DNA of 64,000 nt from assembly GCA_963735805.1 (NCBI GenBank), contig CAVTMK010000004.1, forward strand, positions 96,001-160,000, read 5' to 3'. This document shows positions 1 to 10,956 of this stretch, one piece after another. The stretch is from an uncultured Verrucomicrobiae bacterium (lineage in GTDB: Bacteria > Verrucomicrobiota > Verrucomicrobiia > Chthoniobacterales > UBA10450). The stretch's first letter is position 1, and each line of letters starts with the position of its first letter. Below the pieces are notes generated by a model. The model was not told the origin of the DNA, ran no database searches, and was given only the letters and a program-made list of their open reading frames with translations. A program made the translations under genes and the position numbers.

Positions 1-73
1 CGACGAGTATCGTGCAACTTTGGACGAGCAATACACCCTTATCTCCAATACGTTTGAACTAACAAAGCGCTAA
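1..73 (+). CDS. 3' end of an upstream CDS (partial, unknown product)
   Basis: Open frame DEYRATLDEQYTLISNTFELTKR* ends at TAA 71-73, just before the next + strand gene. Confidence 0.3.
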   Translation, partial: DEYRATLDEQYTLISNTFELTKR

Positions 74-85
74 GAGAATTTCATT

Positions 86-1132
86 GTGATAAACAACCAA
101 GGGTATCATGCAATCCTGGCGAAGATGGCACGCTTCCAGCTTTTGGGAAAATCTCCTGTCGGCTTTTATTTGCGGCTGAACAAGCGGGTATGGGACTGTC
201 TCCCTTCCCGGGTACGAAATCTGAACGTCGTTCGTTCGTACGGAGCATGGTTGCATAGCCTGGTTTGCCTCAGCGCCAGGCGTCAGCAGTTCTTCGGCAC
301 GTTCTTCCTAAGGAATCGTCCAGCCCTGGAATTAATGCGCCGCCTGGCCGAACAGAAGCCCCACGGCTCGACGTTAAGAATTGCCGTGCTGGGTTGCAGC
401 ATCGGAGCAGAAGTTTATTCAATACTCTGGACCGTGCGGTCGGCACGGCCGGACTTAAAAGTACTCCTGGAGGCAGTGGATATTTCGAAGGATATACTGA
501 CCTTCGCGGAGAAAGGCATTTATACTCCTGATGCCTCCGAGTTGGTCGGTGCTTCGATTTTTGAACGATTGACCGAGGCTGAGATGATTGAAATGTTCGA
601 TTGGGCGGGCGAGCAGGCCAAGGTCAAATCGTGGCTCAAGGAGGGGATCACGTGGCATGTTCGGGATGTAACTGACTCGGACCTAATAAGCATTCTTGGG
701 CCTCAAGACATGGTAGTCGCGAGTAACTTTCTCTGTCACATGGCCCGAGCCGATGCCGAAAAGTGCCTCCGCAACATAGCACAACTGGTTAGTCCAGGAG
801 GGTACCTGTTTGTTTCCGGAGTCGATTTGGACGTTCGCACCAAGGCTGCTCTCGACCTCAACTGGGAGCCAGTGCGGGATTTGATAGTGGAAATCCACGA
901 CGGCGATCGATGTGTGCGAGCCGACTGGCCTTGGGCGTGGTGGGGGCTTGAGCCTCTCAACCGAAAGAGGCACGATTGGCAAACCCGTTACGCCGCCGTC
1001 TTCCGGATTGGTAGTCCGGAACTACCGAGGACTTCGTCCGGCTCCACCACATTGGCTAAACAGGCCGGCGTTAAGCACTCGATAGGCTCCCGTGCGGAAT
1101 CTACAACGTATCAGTCTGGATTCTGTAAGTAA
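86..1132 (+). CDS. CheR-family (class I SAM-dependent) methyltransferase, orphan
   Basis: CheR-like motifs: FLRNRP, IAVLGCSIGAEVYSI, AVDIS, NFLCHM, PGGYLFV. The start may be ATG 125. Confidence 0.75.
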   Translation: MINNQGYHAILAKMARFQLLGKSPVGFYLRLNKRVWDCLPSRVRNLNVVRSYGAWLHSLVCLSARRQQFFGTFFLRNRPALELMRRLAEQKPHGSTLRIAVLGCSIGAEVYSILWTVRSARPDLKVLLEAVDISKDILTFAEKGIYTPDASELVGASIFERLTEAEMIEMFDWAGEQAKVKSWLKEGITWHVRDVTDSDLISILGPQDMVVASNFLCHMARADAEKCLRNIAQLVSPGGYLFVSGVDLDVRTKAALDLNWEPVRDLIVEIHDGDRCVRADWPWAWWGLEPLNRKRHDWQTRYAAVFRIGSPELPRTSSGSTTLAKQAGVKHSIGSRAESTTYQSGFCK

Positions 1133-1150
1133 CGTCGGAACTTTTTACGA
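1133..1150 (+). promoter_or_regulatory. Putative PrsR enhancer (PEP-CTERM-box-like)
   Basis: cgtcggaactttttacga; the same motif recurs at 4640, 27161, 28279 and 29086. Confidence 0.6.
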
Positions 1151-1245
1151 TTTTGGAACTGAGTGGGGCAGGCTTCTCGAATTGCACAGTCATGTTACAA
1201 CCCAATAGAAATAGCTTATAACGTTTCTCGAACGCCGTCCCCTTT

Positions 1246-1261
1246 TGACGCTGGACTTGCT
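1246..1261 (+). promoter_or_regulatory. Degenerate sigma-54 (-24/-12)-like promoter
   Basis: TGACGC-N5-TTGCT (GA instead of GG at -24), 96 bp after the box; same spacing as the canonical sites at 27275 and 28395. Confidence 0.35.
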
Positions 1262-1336
1262 TGTTTGTTGGTGTATACACACGCGGCCCATGCTCTTTAC
1301 AAGATGAAGAGGGGGTAGCGTATCGAGTATGGACCT

Positions 1337-4300
1337 TTGAAAACTGTATTTTCCATTTCTTCGCTTGTCGTTGCAGGTTTGTGGAGCGCAATTGTTCCGA
1401 CAAACGCGCAGGTCAACGTTACGCAGTATCACAACAATAGTTCGCGTGATGGGCTTTACATCGATTCCGCCTTTACACAGTCGGCCGCGGCGAACTTGAC
1501 GCGCGACTTAAACTTCGGCGGTGCTGTCGTAGGCAACGTTTTAACGCAGCCGCTCTACATCGAGGGCGGTCCAAACGGCCCAATGCTCATTATTGCAACC
1601 AGTTCGAATAATGTGTACGCACTCAACCCGGTAAATGGCACCATTATTTGGCAGCGAAATGTGGGGCCTCCGGTGCCGGCAAATGATATCTTCTGCACTG
1701 AGGTTGGTTCCGCGGGGATCATTAGCACTCCTGTTGTCGATCTTGCTTCAAGGGCGCTTTTTTTAGGCGCGCTAACGACGCCCGATGGCGGGGCGACCCT
1801 TAAACAGTACATTGTTTCCCTCAACGTGGACACGGGTGTCATCAATCCCGGTTGGCCGGTGGACGTGGAGCTGACGGCTCAATACAACGGTACGACCTTC
1901 GTCGCAGCGAACCAAATGCAAAGCGCGGCGCTCGCCATCGTAGGCAACATTCTTTATGTTGGGTATGGGAGCCACTCCGATTGTAGCAATTATCATGGCT
2001 GGCTGGTGGGAGTGCCAATAAATAATCCCGGCGAGCGTAACAGCATGGACTACTAGCGCCGTCGGTGCTGGCATATGGAGCGCTGGCGGCGTGTCCAGTG
2101 ACGGCACCAATCCGTTCGTTAGCACCGGTAACACTTTCCAACCTCCCAACTGGAGCGGCGGCCAAGCAGTGATTCGGTTTCAACCGGGCCCCATCTTTAG
2201 CGGCAATACCAGGGATTACTGGGTACCGGTCAATTGGTCGAGCCTCGACCAGCAGACGGTCGACGTGGGGGCCGCGGGCCCATTACTGGTAGACGTGCCG
2301 GGGGCAACGCCCTCCCATCTTGTCGTCCAAATGGGCAAAGATGAATACGCGCATCTACTTAATCGCGATAACCTCGGTGGTATCGGCGCGCCGATAGCAG
2401 AAGCACGGGAAGCCTTCAGCTATATATATGGTGGGCCGGCCGCCTACCGAACGAACCAAGGCACGTATGTTGCTTTTCGCGCCGGCGCCGACGCACTCAG
2501 CACTTTCCGTATTACTGCAACCAGTCCACCTGCTATCGCCACCGGATGGAATGTGGACCGGGGTATGAACGGTTGCGGGTCACCTTGGGTTACCTCCACG
2601 GATGGGACTAATAACACGGTTGTCTGGGTGGTCGGCACCAGTACTGATAATCTTGGTTCCGATGGCGACCAACGATTACATGGTTACGACGGAGATACGG
2701 GGACTGTTGTCTATGCCGGCGGAGGGCCTAATGAATTGATGGCAGGGATGCACAAGTGGAGGAATACCGGCATTGCTGCCCGCGGGCGCATCTACGTTGC
2801 CGGGGACAATAAAGTGTTTGCTTTTAAGCTGCCTGGAGGAACGCCTACACCTACCCCAACCGCGACACCTACGCCAACAGCAACTTCGACACCGACTGCG
2901 CCACCACCGACACCTACGCCGACAGCGACAGCGACACCTACGGCGACTCGCGACTGCAACGGCGACACCGACTCCTACGCCAACAGCTACTCCAACTGGG
3001 AATGCATGCCAGCGGCCAATGACGATCGACCATACCAAGGTTCCCAGCACACAGTCCAATTTCACAGTACTAGTAAGCCTCACTGATCCGGCGCTTAAGA
3101 CGATTGCCAACGGTGGCCATGTAGCCAATGCCAACGGATTCGACATCGGGTTTTACGCTGACTCCGGGGGGACTATCAAGCTCAAGTGGGAAGTGGAAAA
3201 ATACGATGGCACCACCGGCACCCTGATCGCATGGGTAAAGATCCCTTCCGTGTCGAATACGACAGACACGGTCTTTTATCTGATGTATGGCGATAGCTCG
3301 ATTAACACAGACCAGTCCGATCCGGTCAACACATGGGACACCAACTTCAAGGCTGTGTATCATTTTGGAAATGGAACGACCCTGACTGCGACCGATTCGA
3401 CCGGTGGCAACAATGGGACGTTATTTAACGGTCCCACGGCGAGTGTTGGGAAGATTAATGGAGCGGCTCATTTTGTGCATAGCAGTAATCAGGCTATTGG
3501 ACTGGCTAGTCCTGCGGACTTTCCAGTTACAACAGCGTGGACCATGGAGACATGGGTGAAGCCTTCAACGGACGGGAATGCCGTTATGGCGTGGGGTGGA
3601 ACTTCCAACAACGGTCCGCACATGATTCTTCTAGGGAACAACACCTGGCGAGTTGGTTTCTGGGGCGGTGCAGCCGTTGACGGAACGGGAGTAGATCTTA
3701 CGGCATTTCATCACATTGCTGGAACCTTCGACGGGTCAAGTCTGAGATTATACAGAGACGGATTGCTGATTGCCGGGCCTGTCGCGGCAACGCCTGCTAC
3801 TGCGTCTAACCCTGGCGCTGCGATTGGTTCGGCGTTTGGCGGATTTTATTTCAATGGAGATATAGATGAGCTTCGAATCTCCAATACGAATCGCTCCGCT
3901 AATTGGATTGCTGCCGAATACAATAATCAAAATAACCCCGGCACGTTCATCAGTATGGGAGGCGAGTCGTGTCCCTCGACTACGCCCACGCCTACTCCGA
4001 CCGCGACTCCGTCGCCAACATCAACACCGACTCCACCGCCACCGACGCCGACTCCTACTCCGTCGCCATCGGTGACTCCGAGCGCCACTCCGACCGCTAC
4101 ACCTACCCCGACACCGACGCCAACCGCCACGCCAACCCCGACTGTGACTCCCACCGCTACACCTACCGCCACGCCGGGCCAAATCACACTCAGCGCGCGT
4201 GGCTACAAAGTACAGGGTTTGCAGACGGTTGACCTGTCATGGGCCGGGGCGATTTCAAGCAGCGTTGACGTCTACCGTAATAACCTGTTGCTCTTGACGG

Positions 4301-4419
4301 TCCCTAATAACGGTTTCTACACGGATCATCCCAATGGCCGCGGCCATGCCACCTATATGTACAAAGTGTGCGAGGCGGGCACGGGTAACTGCTCTAATCA
4401 AGTTACCGTGAATTTCTGA
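1337..4419 (+). CDS. Large secreted protein: signal peptide + PQQ-like beta-propeller + PT linker + DUF2341 + LamG-like domain + PT linker + C-terminal FN3-like domain (2 frameshifts, ~2029 and ~2950)
   Basis: ORFs 1337-2056, 2091-3086 and 2773-4419 join into one protein by alignment to the paralog at 4744. TTG start; signal peptide ...PTNA|QVNVTQYHNN; LamG motif FNGDIDELRISN. Confidence 0.75.
2995..3975 (+). repeat. DUF2341-LamG module copy A
   Basis: Near-identical at nucleotide level to copies B-D (MTIDHTKVPSTQSNF...MGGESCPS); MTIDH ATG at 3019. Confidence 0.9.
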
Positions 4420-4639
4420 GATTTCGGAACCCACTCTCGACGACAGACTCTTCCCTCCTCCTGCGATTCACAGTCGGCTGCATAACATTTTCGGGAACTT
4501 CGGCTTGCTGTTCTCGGAGAAGGTATAGTGAGGCGATCGGCAACGGCTGGCTTCAGTGATCGCGCATCGGAAAAGACGCGCCAGTCGTTGACGTGCGAAT
4601 CGATATCCGGCCGCCAAAGATGACGAAAGCTCAAAGTGA

Positions 4640-4657
4640 CGTCGGAATATTTTACGA
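4640..4657 (+). promoter_or_regulatory. Putative PrsR enhancer box
   Basis: cgtcggaatattttacga, identical to 28279-28296. Confidence 0.6.
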
Positions 4658-4743
4658 TTTTTGCAACCAGGTAGCACGGCCTCTCGAATTACATCGTCAT
4701 GCTAAATGCCAAACACATAAGTAGTTATAACGCTTCTCGACCT

Positions 4744-7700
4744 TTGAAAACAATATTTTCCATTTCTTCGCTTGTCGTCGCAGGTTTGTGGAGTGCGGTT
4801 GTTCCGATAAACGCGCAGGTCAACGTTACGCAGTATCACAACAATAGTTCGCGTGATGGGCTTTACATCGATTCGGCCTTTACACAGTCGGCCGCGGCGA
4901 ACCTGACGCGCGACTTAAATTTCGACGGTACGATCGTAGGCAATGTTCTTTCGCAGCCGCTTTACCTCGACAACGGCCCTGGAGGGCGGCCGACGATCAT
5001 TGCGGTGACCGAAGCGAACAACGTTTATGCACTCGACGCTGTTAGTGGCACTATTATTTGGCAGCGAAACCTGGGCGCTCCGGTGCCGGCCCCCGATCTC
5101 TTCTGCACTGAGGTTGGTTCCATGGGGATCATCAGCACGCCTGTTGTCGACCTTGGTTCACGGGCGCTCTTTTTGAACGCGATGGTCACGCTCGATAACG
5201 GCACGACCAACAAACACTACATCATTTCCATTAACGTCGATACGGGTAACATCAACCCGGGCTGGCCGGTGGACGTAGAAGCGACAGCTCAATACAACGG
5301 CACGACATTCACTCCAGGGGTCCAACAGCAACGATCGGCGCTCGCCATCGTGGGCAACGTTCTTTACGTTGCATATAGCAGCATAGGGGATTGCAGCCTG
5401 TACCATGGGTGGCTGGTGGGAGTGCCGATAAATAATCCAGCCAGTGTAACAGCATGGGCGACCAGCGCCATCGGTGGCGGTATATGGAGCACCGGCGGTG
5501 TGGCCAGTGACGGCACCTATCCGTACGTTGGCACCGGTAACACTTACCAACCTCCCACCTGGAGCGGCGGCGATGCAGTGATTCGTTTTCAACCGGGTCC
5601 GATCTTTAGCGGGAACTCCAGCGATTACTGGGTGCCGGCGAATTGGTTGGCCTTCGACCAGCATAACTGGGATCAAAGCGCGGGCCCATTACTGGTGGAC
5701 GTGCCGGGGGCAACGCCCTCCCATCTTGTCGTCCAACTGGGCAAAGATCAGTTCGCACATCTACTCAATAGAGATAACCTGGGCGGTCTCGGCGTGGCGC
5801 CGATAGCAGAAGCACAGGTAGCCTCCAGCGTCCTACTTGGCGCGCCGGCCGCCTACCGAACTGCCCAAGGCACGTATATTGCTTTTCGCGCCGGCAGGGA
5901 CGCACTCGGAGCTTTCAGCATTACTGGAACTGCACCACCTACTATCGTCACCAAATGGAGCACGTTCCCGATGAACGGTTGCGGGTCACCTTGGGTCACC
6001 TCTACGGACGGGACTAATAACATGATCGTGTGGACGGTCGGTACCGGCGATAAAACTGGTGCCGGGGGCGACCAGCGATTGCATGGTTACGACGGAGATA
6101 CGGGGGCTGTTGTCTATGCCGGTGGCGGCGCCAACGAGTTGATGGCGAGTACGCGCTCGTACAGCACTACGGGGATTGCCGCCCGCGGGCGCATCTACGT
6201 TGCCGCGGACAACAAGGTCTATGCTTTTAAGCTGGCTGGAGGAACGCCTACACCTACCCCAACCGCGACACCTACGCCGACAGCTACTCCACACCGACTC
6301 CGCCACCACCGACACCGACACCAACAGCAACAGCAACACCGACGGCAACTCCGACTGCAACTGCGACACCGACTCCTACGCCAACAGCAACTCCATCTGG
6401 GAATGCATGCCAGAGGCCAATGACGATCGACCATACCAAGGTTCCCAGCACACAGTCCAATTTCACAGTACTAGTAAGCCTCACTGATCCGGCGCTTAAG
6501 ACGATTGCCAACGGTGGCCACGTAGCCAATGCCAACGGATTCGACATCGGGTTCTACGCCGACTCCGGGGGGACTACCAAGCTCAAGTGGGAAGTGGAAA
6601 AATACGATGGCACAACCGGCACCCTGATCGCGTGGGTAAAGATCCCTTCGGTGTCGAATACGACAGACACCGTCTTTTACCTGATGTATGGCGATAGCTC
6701 GATTAACACAAACCAATCCGATCCGGTCAACACATGGGACACCAACTTCAAGGCTGTGTATCATTTTGGAAATGGAACGACCCTGACTGCGACCGATTCG
6801 ACCGGTGGCAACAATGGGACGTTATTTAACGGTCCCACGGCGAGTGTCGGGAAGATTAATGGAGCGGCTCATTTTGTGATCAGCAGTAACCAGGCTATAG
6901 GTCTGGCTAATCCTGGGGACTTTCCTGTTACAACAGCGTGGACCATGGAGACATGGGTCAAGCCTTCAACGGACGGAAATGTCGCTCTGCTTTGGGGCGG
7001 AACTTCCAACAACGGTCCGCACATGGTGCTTCCGGGGAACAACACCTGGCGAGTTGGTTTCTGGGGCGGTGCAGACGTGAACGGAACGGGAGTAGATACT
7101 TACGGCGTTTCATCACATTGTTGGAACCTTCGACGGGTCAAGTCTGAGATTATACAAGGACGGATTGCTGATTGCTGGACCTGTCGCGGCAACGCCTGCT
7201 ACTTCGTCTAACCCTGCTGCTGTGCTTGGCTCTGTCGTTTGGTGCATTTTATTTCAATGGGGATGTAGATGAGCTTCGAATCTCCAGCACGAACCGCTCC
7301 ACCGATTGGATTGCTGCCGAATACAGTAATCAAAATAGCCCCGCCACGTTCATCAGTATGGGAGGCGAGTCGTGCCCATCGGGAACGCCAACTCCTACTC
7401 CCACAGCTACGGCGACACCATCGGTAACTCCGAGCGCTACGCCTACAGCTACGCCAACTGCAACGCCGACGCCTCCGCCGACAGCTACACCGACACCGAA
7501 CTGCGCCACCACCGACACCTACGCCAACAGCGACAGCAACACCGACGGCAACTCCGACTGCAACGGCGACACCGACACCTACGCCAACAGCAACTCCATC
7601 TGGGAATGCATGCCAGCGGCCAATGACGATCGACCATACCAAGGTTCCCAGCACACAGTCCAATTTCACAGTACTAGTAAGCCTCACTGATCCGGCGCTT

Positions 7701-10700
7701 AAGACGATTGCCAACGGTGGCCACGTAGCCAATGCCAACGGATTCGACATCGGGTTCTACGCCGACTCCGGGGGGACTATCAAGCTCAAGTGGGAAGTGG
7801 AAAAATACGATGGCACAACCGGCACCCTGATCGCGTGGGTAAAGATCCCTTCGGTGTCGAATACGACAGACACGTCATTCTATCTGTTCTATGGAGATCC
7901 ATCGATTAACACCGACCAATCCGATCCGGTCAACACATGGGACACCAACTTCAAGGCTGTGTATCATTTTGGAAATGGAACGACCCTGACTGCGACCGAT
8001 TCGACCGGTGGCAACAATGGGACGTTATTTAACGGTCCCACGGCGAGTGTCGGGAAGATTAATGGAGCGGCTCATTTTGTGAGTAGTAGTAATCAGGCTA
8101 TAGTTCTGGCTAATCCTGGCGGACTTTCCTGTTGCAACGGCGTGGACCATGGAGACATGGGTCAAGCCTTCAACGGACGGAAATGTCGCTCTGCTTTGGG
8201 GCGGAACTTCCAATAACGGTCCTCATATGGTGCTTCCGGGGAACAACACCTGGCGAGTTGGTTTCTGGGGCGGTGCAGACGTCAACGGAACGGGAGTAGA
8301 TACTACGGCGTTTCATCACATTGTTGGAACCTTCGACGGGTCAAGTCTAAGATTATACAAGGACGGATTGCTGATTGCCGGGCCTGTCGCGGCAACGCCT
8401 GCTACTTCGTCTAACCCTGCTGCTGTGATTGGTTCGGCGTTTGGTGCATTTTATTTCAATGGAGATATAGACGAGCTTCGAATCTCCAGCACGAACCGCT
8501 CCACCGATTGGATTGCTGCCGAATACAGTAATCAAAATAACCCCGCCACATTCATCAGTATGGGAGGCGAGTCTTGCCCATCGGGAACGCCAACGCCTAC
8601 TCCCACAGCTACTGCGACACCATCGGTAACTCCGAGCGCGACGCCTACAGCTACGCCAACAGCAACGCCTCCGCGACAGCTACACCGACACCAACGCGCC
8701 ACCACCGACACCTACGCCAACAGCGACAGCAACACCGACGGCAACTCCGACTGCAACTCCAACGGCGACACCGACACCTACGCCAACAGCAACTCCATCT
8801 GGGAATGCATGTCAGAGGCCAATGACGATCGACCATACCAAGGTTCCCAGCACACAGTCCAATTTCACAGTACTAGTAAGCCTCACTGATCCGGCGCTTA
8901 AGACGATTGCCAACGGTGGCCACGTAGCCAATGCCAACGGATTCGACATCGGGTTTTACGCTGACTCCGGGGGGACTATCAAGCTCAAGTGGGAAGTGGA
9001 AAAATACGATGGCACCACCGGCACCCTGATCGCATGGGTAAAGATCCCTTCCGTGTCGAATACGACAGACACGGTCTTTTACCTGATGTATGGCGATAGC
9101 TCGATTAACACAAACCAGTCCGATCCGGTCAACACATGGGACACCAACTTCAAGGCTGTGTATCATTTTGGAAATGGAACGACCCTGACTGCGACCGATT
9201 CGACCGGTGGCAACAATGGGATATTACTCAACGGTCCCACGGCGAGTGTCGGGAAGATTAATGGAGCGGCTCATTTTGTGCATAGCAGTAATCAGGCTAT
9301 AGGACTGGCTAATCCTGCGGACTTTCCTAGTTGCAACAGCGTGGACCATGGAGACATGGGTGAAGCCTTCAACGGACGGGAATGCCGTTCTGGCGTGGGG
9401 CGGAACTTCCAACAACGGTCCGCACATGATTCTTCTAGGGAACAACACCTGGCGAGTTGGTTTCTGGGGCGGTGCAGCCGTTGACGGAACGGGAGTAGAT
9501 CTTACGGCATTTCATCACATTGCTGGAACCTTCGACGGGTCAAGTCTGAGATTATACAGAGACGGATTGCTGATTGCCGGGCCTGTCGCAGCAACGCCTG
9601 TTACTTCATCTAACCCTGCTGCTGCAGTTGCTACTTCGTTTGGTGCATTTTATTTCAATGGGGATGTAGATGAGCTTCGAATCTCCAATACGAATCGCTC
9701 CGCCAATTGGATTGCTGCCGAATACAGTAATCAAAATAACCCCGCCACGTTCATCAGTATGGGAGGCGAGTCTTGTCCATCGGGAACGCCAACGCCTACT
9801 CCCACAGCTACGCCGACACCGCCATTCGGGGCGGACAACTTCAACCGCGCTAATGGGGGACTTGGGTCGAACTGGGCCAAGCCGGTGCCGGCATCGGAAC
9901 AGACGTTGGTTATCGTGAACAATCAAGTGACGCCCGACACCGATGGTGCACATTGTTACGCATATTGGATCGGGAACACGTTTAGCCAAGATCAGTATTC
10001 TCAGGCGCGGATCAGCAATGTGGGATCATGGAACGGAGTGATTACCCGGGCCCAGTCCACTGTTGACCGATTCTATTTGGCCTTTGTATTTGCGCCCAAT
10101 GACTACCGCATTTTTCTGCGAAAGGACGGGCTTTATTATACCTTAAGCCAGGGAAGTACCGAGACGTGGGTGGCTGGTGACATTATCCGATTGGAGACAG
10201 TAGGCTTAAACCCGGTGCAACTGACGTTGTTCAGAAACGGCAATCCGGTTTTGACTTATACCGATACTACAGAGAACCTCACTGGAGGCAGCCCGGGTAT
10301 AGGGATCTGGACGGCGACCGAGCCACACCTGGCAGTTGACGACTGGGAGGGCGGGAATGTTGCGATGCAGGGAGGCCTGGCGCGACAGACGCAGCCGCCG
10401 AGTGTGCAGGGGAATCTTGCGGCGTCGGCATCAGGCGTGAGCCAAGTCGAGCTGAGTTGGACGACATCAACCGACAGCGTCGGTGAGAAAAAATATGAAG
10501 TGCAGCGGCGGGACCCTGGAAGCCCGCGTTTCGTGCGCGTAGGAACGACTAGAGGAACGAGCTACACCGACACTGGATTGGCAGCAGGTAGCGACTATAG
10601 TTATCGCGTTCTGGTGAGGGATGCGAAGGGGCGCGCGAAAAGATACTCGAGTGTGGCGAGCGTGATAACAGCTTCACCCACAATCGTCCCTCGCACACCA

Positions 10701-10706
10701 CGATAA
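4744..10706 (+). CDS. Giant secreted protein paralog (~1,980 aa reconstructed): PQQ-like propeller + 3x(DUF2341-LamG) + unknown beta domain + FN3; about 7 frameshifts
   Basis: ORF fragments 4699-6423, 6420-7211, 7172-7690, 7623-8216, 8149-8889, 8822-9484 and 9348-10706 are collinear. TTG start at 4744 by homology to 1337. C-terminal FN3 (LSWT...YTDTGL...YSYRV). Confidence 0.7.
6395..7385 (+). repeat. DUF2341-LamG module copy B
   Basis: Near-identical repeat; MTIDH ATG at 6420. Confidence 0.9.
7598..8585 (+). repeat. DUF2341-LamG module copy C
   Basis: Near-identical repeat; MTIDH ATG at 7623 (period ~1.2 kb). Confidence 0.9.
8797..9785 (+). repeat. DUF2341-LamG module copy D
   Basis: Near-identical repeat; MTIDH ATG at 8822. 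Confidence 0.9.
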
Positions 10707-10956
10707 CCCCGGATGGGCACGCTGGCCGGTGGTTAGGCAGCGCGTCCCGGATCGTCTGCGAGACGAATAGAACCCTTGTGCTTGATTTCGTAAGTGATGC
10801 TGATGCGTTCGTATGGCGGGAACGAAAGGGTATTTGCGGCTCATCGTTGCCAAATCCAGCTCGAACTCGCACGCGACAGATCAGCTTTATTGACAGGAAG
10901 AGCTCGCGGCTAGTAAGTCTGTGGTTATCGGATTTATTCAACATGACTCAAGAACC

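Noticed and set aside
2676..8836. Minus-strand Gly-Val and Arg/Cys-rich ORFs
   Set aside because: Antisense or off-frame shadows of the Pro-Thr linkers
2995..9785. Diversity-generating retroelement (template/variable repeats)
   Set aside because: No reverse transcriptase in the window, differences are not adenine-specific, and repeats are whole coding modules
2840..9825. CRISPR-like or satellite repeats in acaccgac/actccg tracts
   Set aside because: They encode Pro-Thr-Ala linkers; there is no constant repeat with unique spacers and no cas gene
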